Shown here in pieces: positions 8,483 to 19,848 of a stretch of 49,761 nt of DNA. Where the stretch lies: the NCBI GenBank assembly GCA_031291905.1, contig JARLIC010000137.1, forward strand, positions 1 to 49,761, in the 5' to 3' direction. This stretch comes from Minisyncoccota bacterium (GTDB taxonomy: Bacteria > Patescibacteriota > Minisyncoccia > UBA6257 > 2-01-FULL-56-20). A model generated the notes under the pieces. It searched no databases. It saw nothing but the letters and a program-made list of their open reading frames with translations, and was not told the origin of the DNA. The stretch's first letter is position 1. Every line of letters starts with the position of its first letter. Made by a program: the position numbers and the translations under genes.

Positions 8483-9144
8483 CGACGGATCACGAAGCGG
8501 CGGCGGAAGCGGGACGAAAGGGTGTTTTGGGGCGGATCATCAGATGGTGGAATAAGCCGAGCGGTCTTGAGATGGCCCTTGATCTGGAACTGAAGGCGAC
8601 CAGAGCGGCCGGCGCAGACTTGGCACAGACAGTTGTACGGCTTAAGAACGACGCCAGGGATGCAGAGGAGGAGCTAGACAAGCAAGCTCGCGGCTGGAAG
8701 GAATCGCTTGATCGGATCGCGTTCCTTGAAGGCGAGCTGAAGCGGACGATCGGGCAGTTAAATACGAAGCTTCAGGCTGACAAAAGCCTGGAGCAGCTTA
8801 TCCAGGAGCGGAACAGGTTCAGCGTGGAAGTCAGGGAACGCGAATCCACGATCGCCGCCAAAAACACGGAAATCGCTGGCATGAGGTCCAAGGTTAAATC
8901 GCTGGACAAGATCCGCGACATCGTCAAGGAGCAATACGACCTCGTGGATGAGTTCCCGGACGACGACGAAGATGATGATGACATCGCCGATATTGAACTC
9001 GAAGACGAGCCCTATTGCGACGGCTGCGGTCGACTTGAACGAGAGCATCCTTTGGGATTACCCGGAGGAGAACCAGTATCGCTTGGAAAAGATCATCGCG
9101 ATCCTGAAGCGGGAGGCGGAATGAACCAAGCTTACGACAGCTAA
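8479..9144 (+). CDS. Coiled-coil protein with acidic tract; 3' end ambiguous
   Basis: ATG 8479; heptad-rich; a +1 frame ending at 9124 carries the expected coupling joint. Confidence 0.65.
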   Translation: MTTDHEAAAEAGRKGVLGRIIRWWNKPSGLEMALDLELKATRAAGADLAQTVVRLKNDARDAEEELDKQARGWKESLDRIAFLEGELKRTIGQLNTKLQADKSLEQLIQERNRFSVEVRERESTIAAKNTEIAGMRSKVKSLDKIRDIVKEQYDLVDEFPDDDEDDDDIADIELEDEPYCDGCGRLEREHPLGLPGGEPVSLGKDHRDPEAGGGMNQAYDS

Positions 9145-9324
9145 ATGGAGTGCATCCTCGAACTCTGCCTCCTCGAACATCGCGGCCTGCTTGATTCGCC
9201 CGAGGCCGAATCGGTTCGGGGCAAGTCGGACACCCCGTGGGACGCCATGACCGACGACGAGCGAAAGCGGGCGAGCCGATTTTCGGCGGTGTTGGAACGG
9301 ATGATGGAAAGGGCGATGAAATGA
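9121..9324 (+). pseudogene. Small gene interrupted by an in-frame TAA at codon 8 (or restarting at 9145)
   Basis: GGAGG RBS and ATG at 9121; MNQAYDS*MECILELCLLEHRG... is in one frame and ends coupled to ATG 9321. Confidence 0.5.
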
Positions 9325-9760
9325 ACAACGAGACAAAAGAAGCCGTCCTGAAAGCCCGAACCCTTCTAGGAGACTGCCGTCGCGAGACGCTGTTCGCCCT
9401 GATGTCGGATGTCAAAGAGGAGCAAATCATCCGGGGGTTGCTCGACAAGCTCAACGACCTGGAAGAGAAACTTGATGACGTTGAAGATGCGTTGAAGTCG
9501 GCCGAACTGCCGTGCGTGCGGAGAAAACTATGACCCAACGCGAGTGGTATGTGAATTTGTCCGTGAACCTGAACCACGTCTGCGATGCGGACGACGAGGA
9601 CCGGCGGTTGATCGTCCTATACCTGCGAATAGCCACTGACTGCCGTGCGACCGGGAGACGCCGGGATTCCGAAGGAGCAATGAACGCGGCGAGCGAGATG
9701 GTTAAGCGGGCGTGCAGGAAGAAGCAGGAGGCTATCGAAAAAGCGGAGGAGAGCAAGTGA
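9321..9760 (+). CDS. Two hypothetical proteins (9321..9533; 9530..9760)
   Basis: Coupled ORFs. Confidence 0.65.
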
Positions 9761-9766
9761 TTTTCC

Positions 9767-9795
9767 TTGCTTTCAGTCCTGCGTGCTGGTAAAGT
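9767..9795 (+). promoter_or_regulatory. Sigma70-type promoter
   Basis: TTGCTT-17 bp-TAAAGT with TGn extension, in an intergenic gap. Confidence 0.55.
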
Positions 9796-9839
9796 AAGGT
9801 CTACGCGTTTAAGGTTGCCGTACAGTCCAGGAGAAATCG

Positions 9840-10172
9840 ATGTATCACGAGTTCAGGTCGGACACCAAGAGAGCAGGGTGGGTCTTTACGTACACGGGTA
9901 AAGACTTGCTCCGCTCCGCTCAGTCCAAAAGGACGCACTACGCCGTCGCCGAGTCGTCCGCGAGGCAAGCCGTGGCAGACCTCATGCTCGACAAGTCGAT
10001 TCCAGCGAGCGACAAGCGAATCGAGGAAGCCCGAAAGGCCGTCGAGACCAACGGGTCAATTCACGAACAGCTCGTGGTTTGGTGCCATGAATTTATCCGG
10101 CATCCAGAACGCGAGTACTTCCTGGCACTTGGCGACGTGGTGTTTTTCGGGATCACTGACAGCGAGGAGTGA
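9840..10172 (+). CDS. Hypothetical protein
   Basis: AGGAG RBS; follows the promoter. Confidence 0.75.
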   Translation: MYHEFRSDTKRAGWVFTYTGKDLLRSAQSKRTHYAVAESSARQAVADLMLDKSIPASDKRIEEARKAVETNGSIHEQLVVWCHEFIRHPEREYFLALGDVVFFGITDSEE

Positions 10173-10174
10173 GC

Positions 10175-10305
10175 ATGGTGCCAAAGTTGGTTGATCGGCT
10201 TGGCATGAGGTACGGACGATCGACTGTATCGAAAGAGCCAAGCCTTACGCAGGGACTGCATCCTGACGCTGCTTATGCGATTGCAGGAAAACGCATGCGG
10301 CAGTG
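10175..10305 (+). pseudogene. Remnant of a homing-endonuclease N-terminus
   Basis: DRLGMRYGRSTV / frameshift / IERAKPYAGTAS*RCLCDC matches the DLTG.RFGRLTVIERA...W.C.CDCG pattern; TGA at 10264 lies where W is expected. Confidence 0.6.
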
Positions 10306-10338
10306 GAAACGGTCGCCGTGCAGTCAAGGAGAAACTGA

Positions 10339-13143
10339 ATGAGATTCACGGTAAGGCAAAGCACGATCGAGACGATGAACGGCGAGTACGAGGTTCTGCC
10401 TACCGGACTCGTGCTGAAGACAGAAGAGGAGAGCGGCATCGCTTTTCAGAATCCGCTTAAGCCGGACATCGCCCATGTCATCAACTGGATGGTTGTCTTT
10501 GGCAGCCCTGGGGTGATTCAGATCAACGGCAAGAAGCACGCCTTGTCCACGGGGAACGCATGGCCGATTCTGGACGATCTGGGGTTTAGGGATTGGCGAA
10601 GGGATAAGGCGTGAGTCTTGACGTTTACCTTGAAGTCGTGATGCCGACCAATGTCTACTCGGCCAATATCACGCACAATCTCAATGCGATGGCTGCGGAA
10701 GCAGACATCTGCAATGAGCTATGGCGACCCGAAGAAATCGGGATCACCAAGGCTCATCAGTTAATCGAGCCGCTGACGAAAGGCTTGGCGTTGCTCAAGT
10801 CCGACCCAGCGAGGTTCGAGGCGCTGAATGCCAAGAACGGCTGGGGCTTGTACAAGAACTTCGTGCCGTGGGTCGAGGACTACCTTGAAGCGTGCAAAGA
10901 GAACCCCGAAGCGGATGTGAGGGCGAGCAGATGAGCGAACTTGGCGAGCAGGTCCTCGCATCGCTTCAAGAAGCCATCGATGCGATGGAATCGGGCGAAC
11001 CGCTTCCGTCCAGTGCGTGGTACGCAACCGAGATTGTATGCCAGGGGTGCGGCGACGGTCGGGTAATTCGACGAGATCGAACCGAGCCCGACGGCTTGTT
11101 TGAAACGACGTTCGTGTGTCGGGATTGCAACTCGGCGTTCTGGTTGGAGAGAGAATCAAATGGGTAACGCTAAAGATCAATGGGACGACAAATGGATGGC
11201 AGCACAGTGTGGGCGGCTCAGAGACAATTACGACGACATGTGCGACCACCTCAAGAAAGTGGGCGAAAAGGAAGTAGAGCGATTCGACGAGGCGGTCGCT
11301 CGGTCCCCAAAAGAGAGCCACCCTGAGTCCGCCCGAGAATTTCTTGAGACATGCTCAAGTATTGAAGCAATCTTCAGGGAAGCCATGCTGGCCGAAAACA
11401 ACTGGCGAGACGTAGGAACGGAGGCGAATAAGCGGCTCAAGAAGCTGATGGCACTCACTGAAGCCTTGAACTCCGCTACACTCACACTATTAACCGGCTC
11501 AGTAGTGGCGATGACGATAGCGGCGAACTACCACACTTCGGATCACAGCAACGGCGACCGGCTGTTTGCGCTTGCCGCTGGGATTCTTGCCTTAGCAGGC
11601 ATCGCGCACATGGCGGTGCGTCTGGTTCTGAAGAAGATCGACGCGACCACGGAGGGGTGATGATGGAACCCATGGGGAACTGGACGCACCAAGATAACTA
11701 CGCCAGCGAGTTCTTGGGTCGCAAGGGGGAAGCCGACGAGATCATCAAGCAGGCTAGGAAGGCCGATGCAAGAGCAAGGCGAACCGCCGGCCTCATGTAC
11801 TGGATGCTCAACGCCGGGTTCGCTGTCGCGGTTGCGGCCTACGCATTGAACATCGCGTTCAATACGCCAGGGTGGCCAATTGGAATCGGCGGGGCGATCA
11901 TGGCGGTTCCGATTGCGTGGTGTTGGAAGGAGGGGTTATGAGCGACGAGCCAAAATCCCTATCGATCATCTTGACGTTGTTCGACGACGATAGCGTCCGA
12001 GAGAAACTGACGGTAATGACCAAATTGGAAGCCATGACGGACGACTCGCGAAACCCGGACGACGGATTCTATGAGAAGCTTGAGGATGAGTTCCTCCAAA
12101 TTGGCAAGACGTACCGGCTTACTTTCGAGGAAGTGGAATGAGCGACAAGAAGACGGCCAAGGTTTACCTGTTGGTGGAGTGCGAGGTTGAAGAGATCAAC
12201 TGGGCGGGATCGACAGAGGAACGTGTTATCGACACTCTCGACCACATCCTGTTCAACGGCTGTGCCGGCATGAAGAATAAGGGTTATCGGACGGAATGGC
12301 TTGGGCCAATGGTGTTTCATAAGCCGACCACACTTCCCGGCGACATTAAAGACATCCTCTGGCGAGACAGCGTTAGGCACCTGCCGCTGCACAAGCAGTT
12401 AGAAGCAGCCATCATTGAAAACAGCAAGGGTCCGGCGAAAGAGCGACTTCAGGAGATGATCGATCGCGGGGCGATCAATGAGAAGGGCGAAGTTCTGCTG
12501 AGAGGGCCGGGCGACCACGAGGACACTGGCCCGTGAGCGAAGAACGCCAGTTGATCTTGATCAACACCGAAGCCCAGATGTACGTCAAGCCGCATGTGGC
12601 TCGGTATCTGAGGATTATCGAAGAGATCAAGCAGTATCAGGAGACCGGGGTTTGGCAACACGCCGTGGCCGAAAGGCGAGTGCCAAACCAGGCGGCGGAT
12701 GTGATTAACGTGCAAGACATGGCGGATGAACTGGTGAGGATGCTGGAGGAGCAGGGCGGATGAGCGACAACGCCAATAGCAAATTTTGGAACCGAGGCCA
12801 TCGAGCATTTGATCGACTTGCGGCGCAGGCGAGACTGCTTGTCCCAAATCTCGATCGTGCCTCGGGCAGCCCGACGTCCGAAGCTATTGAGAAGATTGGA
12901 GCTACAATCGGCGAGATTGAGGCGAGGCTTACCGAAGCCAAGGCGTTCCACGCAATCCTCAAGACCAAATCGGACCTGAAGCCACAAGCCAGACTCAAAG
13001 ATTTTCATCCTGGCGTTCTCGACAGTGCGTTCGCGATCTTCGCTAGTACAGTAGACAACAAAGGCGACGAGGCTATTCAAGCCGCAGAGGCCAAATTTAA
13101 AGACGAGTGGCGCAAAGCCAAGGCGGAGGAAGACTCGAAATGA
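10339..13143 (+). CDS. Run of coupled hypothetical phage proteins (10339..10614, 10611..10934, 10931..11167, 11160..11660, 11657..11941, 11938..12141, 12138..12536, 12533..12763, 12760..13143)
   Basis: Contiguous overlapping start/stop codons. 10611 has the common phage motif ANITHNL..MA...LWRPEE...NGWG. 11160 and 11657 carry TM segments. Confidence 0.75.
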
Positions 13144-13409
13144 GCGATAACGCGACGATCGTCAAGATTCTGGATAGGGCGGCGGAGTACGCCGAGTTGG
13201 GCCAGGACTGTTTGACATCCTTGTGGCATGGCCATGTGGCTGCGTTTCCTGGACGCCCGGGGCGAGAATTTGAGGCCGCCGTTAACGCCGTTGGCATGCA
13301 TCTTGGACTCACGACGTTCAACCCATGGAACGACGATCCAGGCCGCACCCAGCAGGAAGTCGTCGACACGCTCAGGGCCGTGGCGAGGAAGTTGGAGGCG
13401 GAAGGATGA
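13140..13409 (+). CDS. DUF6197-like protein (WND.PGRT family), copy 1
   Basis: PWNDDPGRTQQEVVDTLRAVA. Confidence 0.65.
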   Translation: MSDNATIVKILDRAAEYAELGQDCLTSLWHGHVAAFPGRPGREFEAAVNAVGMHLGLTTFNPWNDDPGRTQQEVVDTLRAVARKLEAEG

Positions 13410-15558
13410 AGCTGACCTGGAGCGAAATGTCGCCGTTCGTCATCACGTCATGCGTCGCCGTTATACTGGCGTTGGCGGTGGCCAGGACGACGCAGAACTT
13501 CAATAAGCTCTACAAGACCGCGAACGCCCCCGCGAAGGAGACGAATCCATGACTATAATTCCCGTGACGTACGAGATTGAACTGCCGGACGAGGTGGACG
13601 CGGTGGGAGGAGTGCTAGTCTTCGAGTGGGCTGGACGCGCAATTGTCAATATTGAGCACACCGATGGAAGTTGGTCGGCCTGGATGGGGAGTTGCTATGC
13701 GTGGAAGGACAGGTGGGCCACGTGCAGAGAAAACGAAACATGGAACGGCTACATTGTTGACGGTGGAAAGTGGATCAGGAAATAGGAGGGGGAAAGATGA
13801 GAGACCGAGACATCGCCGAACAGGTTTCCGGATGGTTCAAGGCGGCCATGCGAGACACTCTCGAATCCAACCCGCACGCGGTGCTGCCGTCGAACCCGGA
13901 TTGCCAAGGTCCAACTGGGCCGCATCCCTACACAGACATCGCCTATAAAGCCGGAGTCGAGATCGCCGAGCAAATCATGCGGGATCGGGCGACTGGAGCT
14001 GAGTTGTCGGATAGGTGAAGGAGAAACCATGAAGCCCAAAGTGAAGACGATCATCATGACGTGCTCAATAAGCCCGTCGCAGTGGGTTGGAAAGACGGAG
14101 AATGGAAGTGATCTTTATATCCGTTATCGATGGGGAGGATTGAGCGTTGATGTGAATGACATCGAGATCCTATACGCCGACTGCGGTCACGGCTACGACG
14201 GCGAGATGACGACCGCCAGGATGATGGGGCTAACCAAAGACGTGCTTGACTGGTCGGAAGCGGAGGTGGAAGGATGAGCATGACCGCCTTGCGGAGCAAC
14301 GAGTGCACCAACTTCTGTATGAGCGGGCGACGGTTTCTGCTCAAAGTTGGGTCTGCTGATTACGGGAGGCGATTTGCCGTATGCGTCCACATCGGCAGGA
14401 TGAAGGAAGCCGACGAAATCTGGCGGCACAACCATCATCGCGAGCTTCCGTTTAAGGATTGCGAGTGCCAGTACTGCAATCAATGGAGGGAAGAATGAGA
14501 AGCCTGCCACGGAACGTCGAACTGGCCGTAGACCTTGTCCTCAAGAAGATGGATGACCAACTTGGCGGCTTGGGCCGGGAAGATAGGTAAGCAGCGATCG
14601 ACTACCTGATTGCGTGGCTCAAAGATGGCTCTCGGTGGAATAAAGAGGCGGAGGAGGAAGAATGAGACGGATCGACCCAGCACCGCCACGAAGGGGCGAC
14701 AGGCGGGAACGCCAGTGGTTCGCTTGGCTCTCGGTCGATATCGTCTATCCCGACCTGTCTCGCGAGTCTCGCTGGCTGGAGACAGTCAGAGTCGAAGAGG
14801 AATACGTCCCTGATACTTCGGTAAATAATTGCTACTGGGCAAAGCGAAGGTTCCTTGAGCCGGAGAGAAAGGGGAAATGATTGGCACAAACGGCTGGCGA
14901 AAACTGAACGTGCTCGAAGCGATCGAGTTCAGCAAGAGTCGCGTAGTCGAACTGCACAGGCCCCAAGACGATGGCTTTTATGAGTCGATTAGGTTCACTG
15001 ACGGCGCCCGACTTATCGCCAGGACTGGTAAAGCGAGAGGCGAAGTAGAGTTTTACGCGAAGGAGGACCGATGATCGACCCTTATTCGTTCTACCGAAAG
15101 CCGCTCGACGAACAATCCGTGATTCTGGAGAAGGAAGCGGAGCAACTATGTAACGCAGTCAAGAAGCTCTGGGAAGCAGACAAGGACTATGCGAAGTACA
15201 AGGTCTGGCGGCAGGCTTGCGATTTCTACACCCTGACGTTTCAGCACCGGACGTTCGTTCAAGAGGAGCTGTTTGATCGTCGAGAATCCAATGAAGGGAG
15301 AGAAGGATGAGCGAGAAACTGAAATGCCCGTCGTGCTTCAATATGACGATTACCTTTCACTTCCTTCACTGCTTCGTGCCGCCCAACAGGATAAGCTATC
15401 AATGCGATAACGAGGAGTGTGGATTCAGGCTCTATGCCCCAGAATGGAAATGGCCGACCCAAGCATTGGTTGTCGACTTCATTCGAAGTGCCCAAGATGA
15501 GAGCTTTACTCCGGTCCAACAACGAAGGATCAAGACGACGGAAGTAGGTGAGGGATGA
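13406..15558 (+). CDS. Run of small hypothetical proteins (13406..13552, 13549..13785, 13797..14018, 14029..14277, 14274..14498, 14662..14880, 14877..15074, 15071..15310, 15307..15558)
   Basis: RBS and coupled starts; 14029 is a paralog of 18698. Confidence 0.7.
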
Positions 15559-16196
15559 GTGAGAAACGCGATAGAGGACGTTTGAACGACGACGCGCCGA
15601 AACACAGAAATTTCAAGCACGGAGAGGGCACCAAGGACAGGCTGTACCGGATTTGGAGCGGGATGAAAACTCGCTGCTATAACGACAACGAGCCTGCGTA
15701 CCCAAGATATGGGGGCCGAGGGATTACAATCCATGAGTCTTGGCTGACCGACTATGTTGCATTCAAATCATGGGCGCTCAGCAATGGATATTCGAACGAA
15801 CTCACTATTGATCGGATTGACAACGACGGGAACTACGAGCCCGGCAATTGCCGGTGGATAACACGCAAGGAACAGAACAGAAACAGAAGATCCAATGTAA
15901 TGGCCACGGCATTCGGCGAAACCAAGAGTGTCGCCGAATGGGCTGATGATCCGCGATGTTGCGTAGACTACGAATGCTTGATAGAACGAATAAGATATGG
16001 CCATGATCCAGAAACGGCGATCACAAAGCCATCAACAAGCTACGCGAACTTCGGAACACTGGGAAAGGACGCCATTCTTGGTATCAGGCAAAGACGCCAG
16101 GAAGGACATCTACTTAAAACAATAGCCGTGGAATTCAATACAACAATTTGCAATGTCTGCATGATCGTCAATCGGAAAACTTGGAGACACATATGA
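15555..16196 (+). CDS. HNH homing endonuclease-like protein
   Basis: RLYRIWSGMKTRC...YGGRGI...LTIDRIDNDGNYEPGNCRW...QNRN plus a C-terminal HTH. Confidence 0.85.
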   Translation: MSEKRDRGRLNDDAPKHRNFKHGEGTKDRLYRIWSGMKTRCYNDNEPAYPRYGGRGITIHESWLTDYVAFKSWALSNGYSNELTIDRIDNDGNYEPGNCRWITRKEQNRNRRSNVMATAFGETKSVAEWADDPRCCVDYECLIERIRYGHDPETAITKPSTSYANFGTLGKDAILGIRQRRQEGHLLKTIAVEFNTTICNVCMIVNRKTWRHI

Positions 16197-16645
16197 CCAT
16201 GAAGATCTGTTTCTTGGACATTGATGGCGTTTTGAATCGCCACCAATACAACGAAATGTCGCAATCCAACTCTGTCGACCCAGAATGCGTGGCGAGGCTG
16301 AATCGCATCCTGATCGAGACCGACGCCCGCATTGTCCTTTCCTCGGCGTGGCGATATATGCTCATCGGCAAAGCCATGAGCCTCGTCGGATTTGACTACC
16401 TGCTGAGAACGCACGGCGTTGTCGCCAATCGCCTGGTGGGGCGGACGCCGGCCGACGAGGAAGTCAAAGAGCGCGGCTGGCAGATTCATCAGTGGCGAAA
16501 AGATAACGGCCATTGCGGGAAGTACGTAGTCATCGATGACATGGACCTGCATATCTCGCCGTTGCATCCGTTCGTTCAACCCCAGGGCGACATCGGGCTG
16601 ACCGACGCCGACGCGGACAAAGCGATCTCGATCCTGAAAGGATGA
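16193..16645 (+). CDS. HAD-family phosphatase (Swiss-army-knife RNA-repair HAD type)
   Basis: FLDIDGVLN, IVLSSAWR, YVVIDD motifs. Confidence 0.8.
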   Translation: MTMKICFLDIDGVLNRHQYNEMSQSNSVDPECVARLNRILIETDARIVLSSAWRYMLIGKAMSLVGFDYLLRTHGVVANRLVGRTPADEEVKERGWQIHQWRKDNGHCGKYVVIDDMDLHISPLHPFVQPQGDIGLTDADADKAISILKG

Positions 16646-17391
16646 TCATGAGCGAGACCCGATTCTGTCCAGCCACCATGTGCCCACTCTTTGCGCCGGA
16701 TGGATCGCCGTGGACCGGAGAGAAAGACGGGGTCTGCCCGAACCACGACGACATCGAAAACGATGGCTGCATGTTCTGGAGCAAAGACCATTGCGACGGA
16801 TGCCGCACGGCCGTGTCGCAGGTCTACGAGGTTCAACGCAAAGGCGGAACGCTCCAGATCGGGCCAGTCCAGCGGACCAAGACCAGCGTAACACCGAAGG
16901 AATTCGACTGCCCGAGATCGCATGAATGCCAGTGGCAGGCGGAATCCAGACCGAGCCTATGCCCGCCAAGGCTCGCTCTCAGTATCGGCGTCGATCCCAA
17001 ATCTTGTGCGTGGTGAAACGGAGGAAGGATGAGCGAGCCATGGACCATGAAGCCTTGCTTCTCTGGACCCGATTGCTGGTGCCGGATCATCGTCGACCCG
17101 GATGGACGGGAATGCAATGACTGCGGAGCCATGAACATAGCGAATTGTCAGTACGTCATCGACGCATTGAACAAGACGCCCGGCACGGAAACCAACGTTA
17201 ATGAACGACACCCTGTCCCGTGGCACATCGAATCAGTGAAGGAATGCGGATGCAGGTACGTCGTCACCACGGCGGGGCTAGGGGAGAACGATCTGGAGTA
17301 CTGCGTGTCCTGCGTCGGCCAGATCCGCAAGGAATACGTCGAACTGTTCGTGGAAGCGGTCAATGGGTTTTACAAGGAGATGCGCAGTTGA
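16642..17391 (+). CDS. Two Cys-rich hypothetical proteins (16642..17016; 17029..17391)
   Basis: RBS; 17029 has an internal two-fold repeat (PW...C.CR...C..C). Confidence 0.7.
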
Positions 17392-18221
17392 GCGACAAAG
17401 GACCAAGATTCAACATCTACGATACAACGATTATCATCTGGTCGGAAGCAAGGTCGGATCGCAAGTTGTACGACAAAATCCGCCGCATGCTGAAGCGGCA
17501 GCAGTTTAGTTGGATGAGAGATCCGCGTATCGTTAAGTTATATCCATCGCTCGCTTCGACGTTTCACTACGGATGCCTGAAGGGCTTGGAATTCTGTGCC
17601 GAGATTCACCCAGCGATGATCAAACTGGAGTTCTTCCAGAACTTCGTCACGGAGAATCGGAACGGCGGGAAGTACGACTTCGACAGGCTGAAGAAGATGC
17701 CCTACCTGATCCGCCTGCGATACCAGAAGGCAGTGAACAGCATTCGATCCATGCTTCTCAAAGAGGGTTTTGCGGACGACTCCAAGGTCACCCACAAGTC
17801 GGCCCTCGCTAACGTAATGCAGCGACGCAAGGAGCTGGAGGATTTCCAGGGCAAAGGATTCTATGCCCGCGAGCGCCAAAGCTACAACATTACGGACGGC
17901 GACGGCGTAGCCCTGAAAGACGGGGACGTGAGATACTTCTACGACCTCAACAACCGGCTCAGCAAGGCCACGGTCTACCACAACATTAACAATATGTGGT
18001 GGGCCGTATTCAACGAGTCCAGGTACACAAATATCGCCAGCTTCAGGCTGTTCTCATGGAAACCCGGATTGCCGAGGCGGAAATATCCAAAGCCGGAATC
18101 TCGCATCCAATCCCTGCTGGACACTGCGACGAAGCACATGGACTTCGAGCGTGCGATCGTCTATCGGGACCTACTGAAAGCCAGGAACCCGTCGTCGCTT
18201 GAAGTCTCGATTTCGGGTTAA
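17388..18221 (+). CDS. Hypothetical protein with C-terminal UVR-like motif
   Basis: TTG start coupled to the upstream stop; LLDTATKHMDFERAIVYRDLL. Confidence 0.7.
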   Translation: MSDKGPRFNIYDTTIIIWSEARSDRKLYDKIRRMLKRQQFSWMRDPRIVKLYPSLASTFHYGCLKGLEFCAEIHPAMIKLEFFQNFVTENRNGGKYDFDRLKKMPYLIRLRYQKAVNSIRSMLLKEGFADDSKVTHKSALANVMQRRKELEDFQGKGFYARERQSYNITDGDGVALKDGDVRYFYDLNNRLSKATVYHNINNMWWAVFNESRYTNIASFRLFSWKPGLPRRKYPKPESRIQSLLDTATKHMDFERAIVYRDLLKARNPSSLEVSISG

Positions 18222-18241
18222 GCGTTTTATGGAGATAAGAC

Positions 18242-19558
18242 ATGAGCGAGCCGCACAATGTCAAGATCCTCATCGAACTGGACGTCTACGAGAGCGACGA
18301 CCAAAACGAAGCCAGCGAGAGAGCGTTCGGCGATATCCTCTGGATCATCGATCGACACTCGGAACTGGATGGAAATGGAATTCGGAAGCTCAGGCGGTAT
18401 TTTCACGATTCCATGCCGATGGTTGTGAGCAGGATTGGGGTGGTGAAAGATGAGTGAGGAATTGCAGCAGGGGGCTTCGAGGATTTGGAACAGAGTGCAA
18501 GTCGTCATTGATCTCGATGTTTGCCACAAGGAACAGTGGTACTGCGAGAAGCTGGCGAAAGAGACGGTCCAGTTCATGATGTCCAAGCAAAGCACCTACA
18601 TCGGAGATAGCCAGTATTACATCGACCTGTACGGCGACGACAAGTTCCCAATGATGTACGGCAAGATTGAAGCTCGGAAGCCTGTGGAGGATTGCCAGTG
18701 AGTGAGCGAAAACGAATCGCAGTAGCGTTTCTCGAAGAAGGCTACACCGCATGCCCCACGCAATGGGAGGGAATCGCGGACGACGGCAAGGAAGTCTACG
18801 TCCGATACCGTTGCGGAAGGCTACGCGTTGAATGTGGCCTGAATAACTGGATCTACTCGGAAATGGTCGGCGAGAAATACGACGGACACATGAAGACCGA
18901 GGTCATGCAAAGGCACACAGCCTCGATTATCGATTGGTCAAACACCGTTGTTGCTCGGCGTGAAATGGAAGAGTGGTATCCGTTCGAGGGGCTTCCTGAG
19001 AGCGAGTAGGTGCATGACCTTTTCAGAAAAATTCTGCGGCTGCAAAAATGAGGAAGCTATGCCAAACGATACCGAGATTCAGGGTGGGACTCCGACGCCC
19101 ACCCCGGCCGCCGAGGAGATCAACACGGAGGAGCTTCACGCTTTGCACTTGAGCCTCATGATCATGGCCGAAGAAGTCCAGGTTATAAAGAAGATGGTCA
19201 ATGCCGACAGGCTGGACCTTGCCGAGAAAACCCTTCGTGGCGTGATCGAAGTGTCCAGGGACAGTCAGCACAAGATGACCAACTACTGCCTCATGCTCAG
19301 AAGGAAGCTCGGAAAGACCGGCAAGACGCGAAGAGGATGGAAGTGCGAGAACAAAACAAGGTCGAACACGATACCCACAATGCGTGCCCAGAATGCGACT
19401 CAGGACATAGATTCTATCACTGCTTTGGCAGGGATTGCAGGATGGAGACGCATTCAGTGACGTGCCTGGAGTGCGAGACCCCGTACGTCACTGGCCAAAG
19501 CTTGACGCCAGAAGGAGAGTGGATGGGAAGGATGAGGGATAAGCGAGAGTCGATATGA
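18242..19558 (+). CDS. Run of hypothetical proteins (18242..18457, 18450..18701, 18698..19009, 19059..19460, 19337..19558)
   Basis: RBS and coupling; the last two overlap by 124 bp, so one boundary is uncertain. Confidence 0.6.
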
Positions 19559-19581
19559 AGAATGGTGGGGGATCTGAGTGA

Positions 19582-19625
19582 GGCTGGGGGATGCCCCTAT
19601 GCCAATAGAAGCCCCCGGCCTGTTT
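19582..19625 (+). terminator. Possible terminator hairpin
   Basis: GGCTGGGGG...CCCCCGGCC followed by TGTTT. Confidence 0.45.
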
Positions 19626-19779
19626 AACATAAGCGATCGCCTACCCACCCGGTCTATAGGAATGGTCGTCCTTCCCTTCTCCATGCATGCACATGCTTTG
19701 CGTCACAGACTGTGCCAATCCATGTTGATTCTCTGCACATGGGGGCAAAAGAAATCTCTTGCAATGCAGAACAAATCTC

Positions 19780-19807
19780 TTGACTTTGCTTGCCTAGGGT
19801 GTATACT
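19780..19807 (+). promoter_or_regulatory. Sigma70-type promoter
   Basis: TTGACT-16 bp-TATACT, A-tract upstream, GGAGACGAG leader. Confidence 0.75.
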
Positions 19808-19848
19808 TAGGGTGTGGAGACGAGGAACGCCAGAACAAGGGGCTTGCC

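Noticed and set aside
9142-10266. Stop-codon reassignment (in-frame TAA 9142, TGA 10264)
   Set aside because: Different codons are involved, and all three stops terminate well-defined genes elsewhere.
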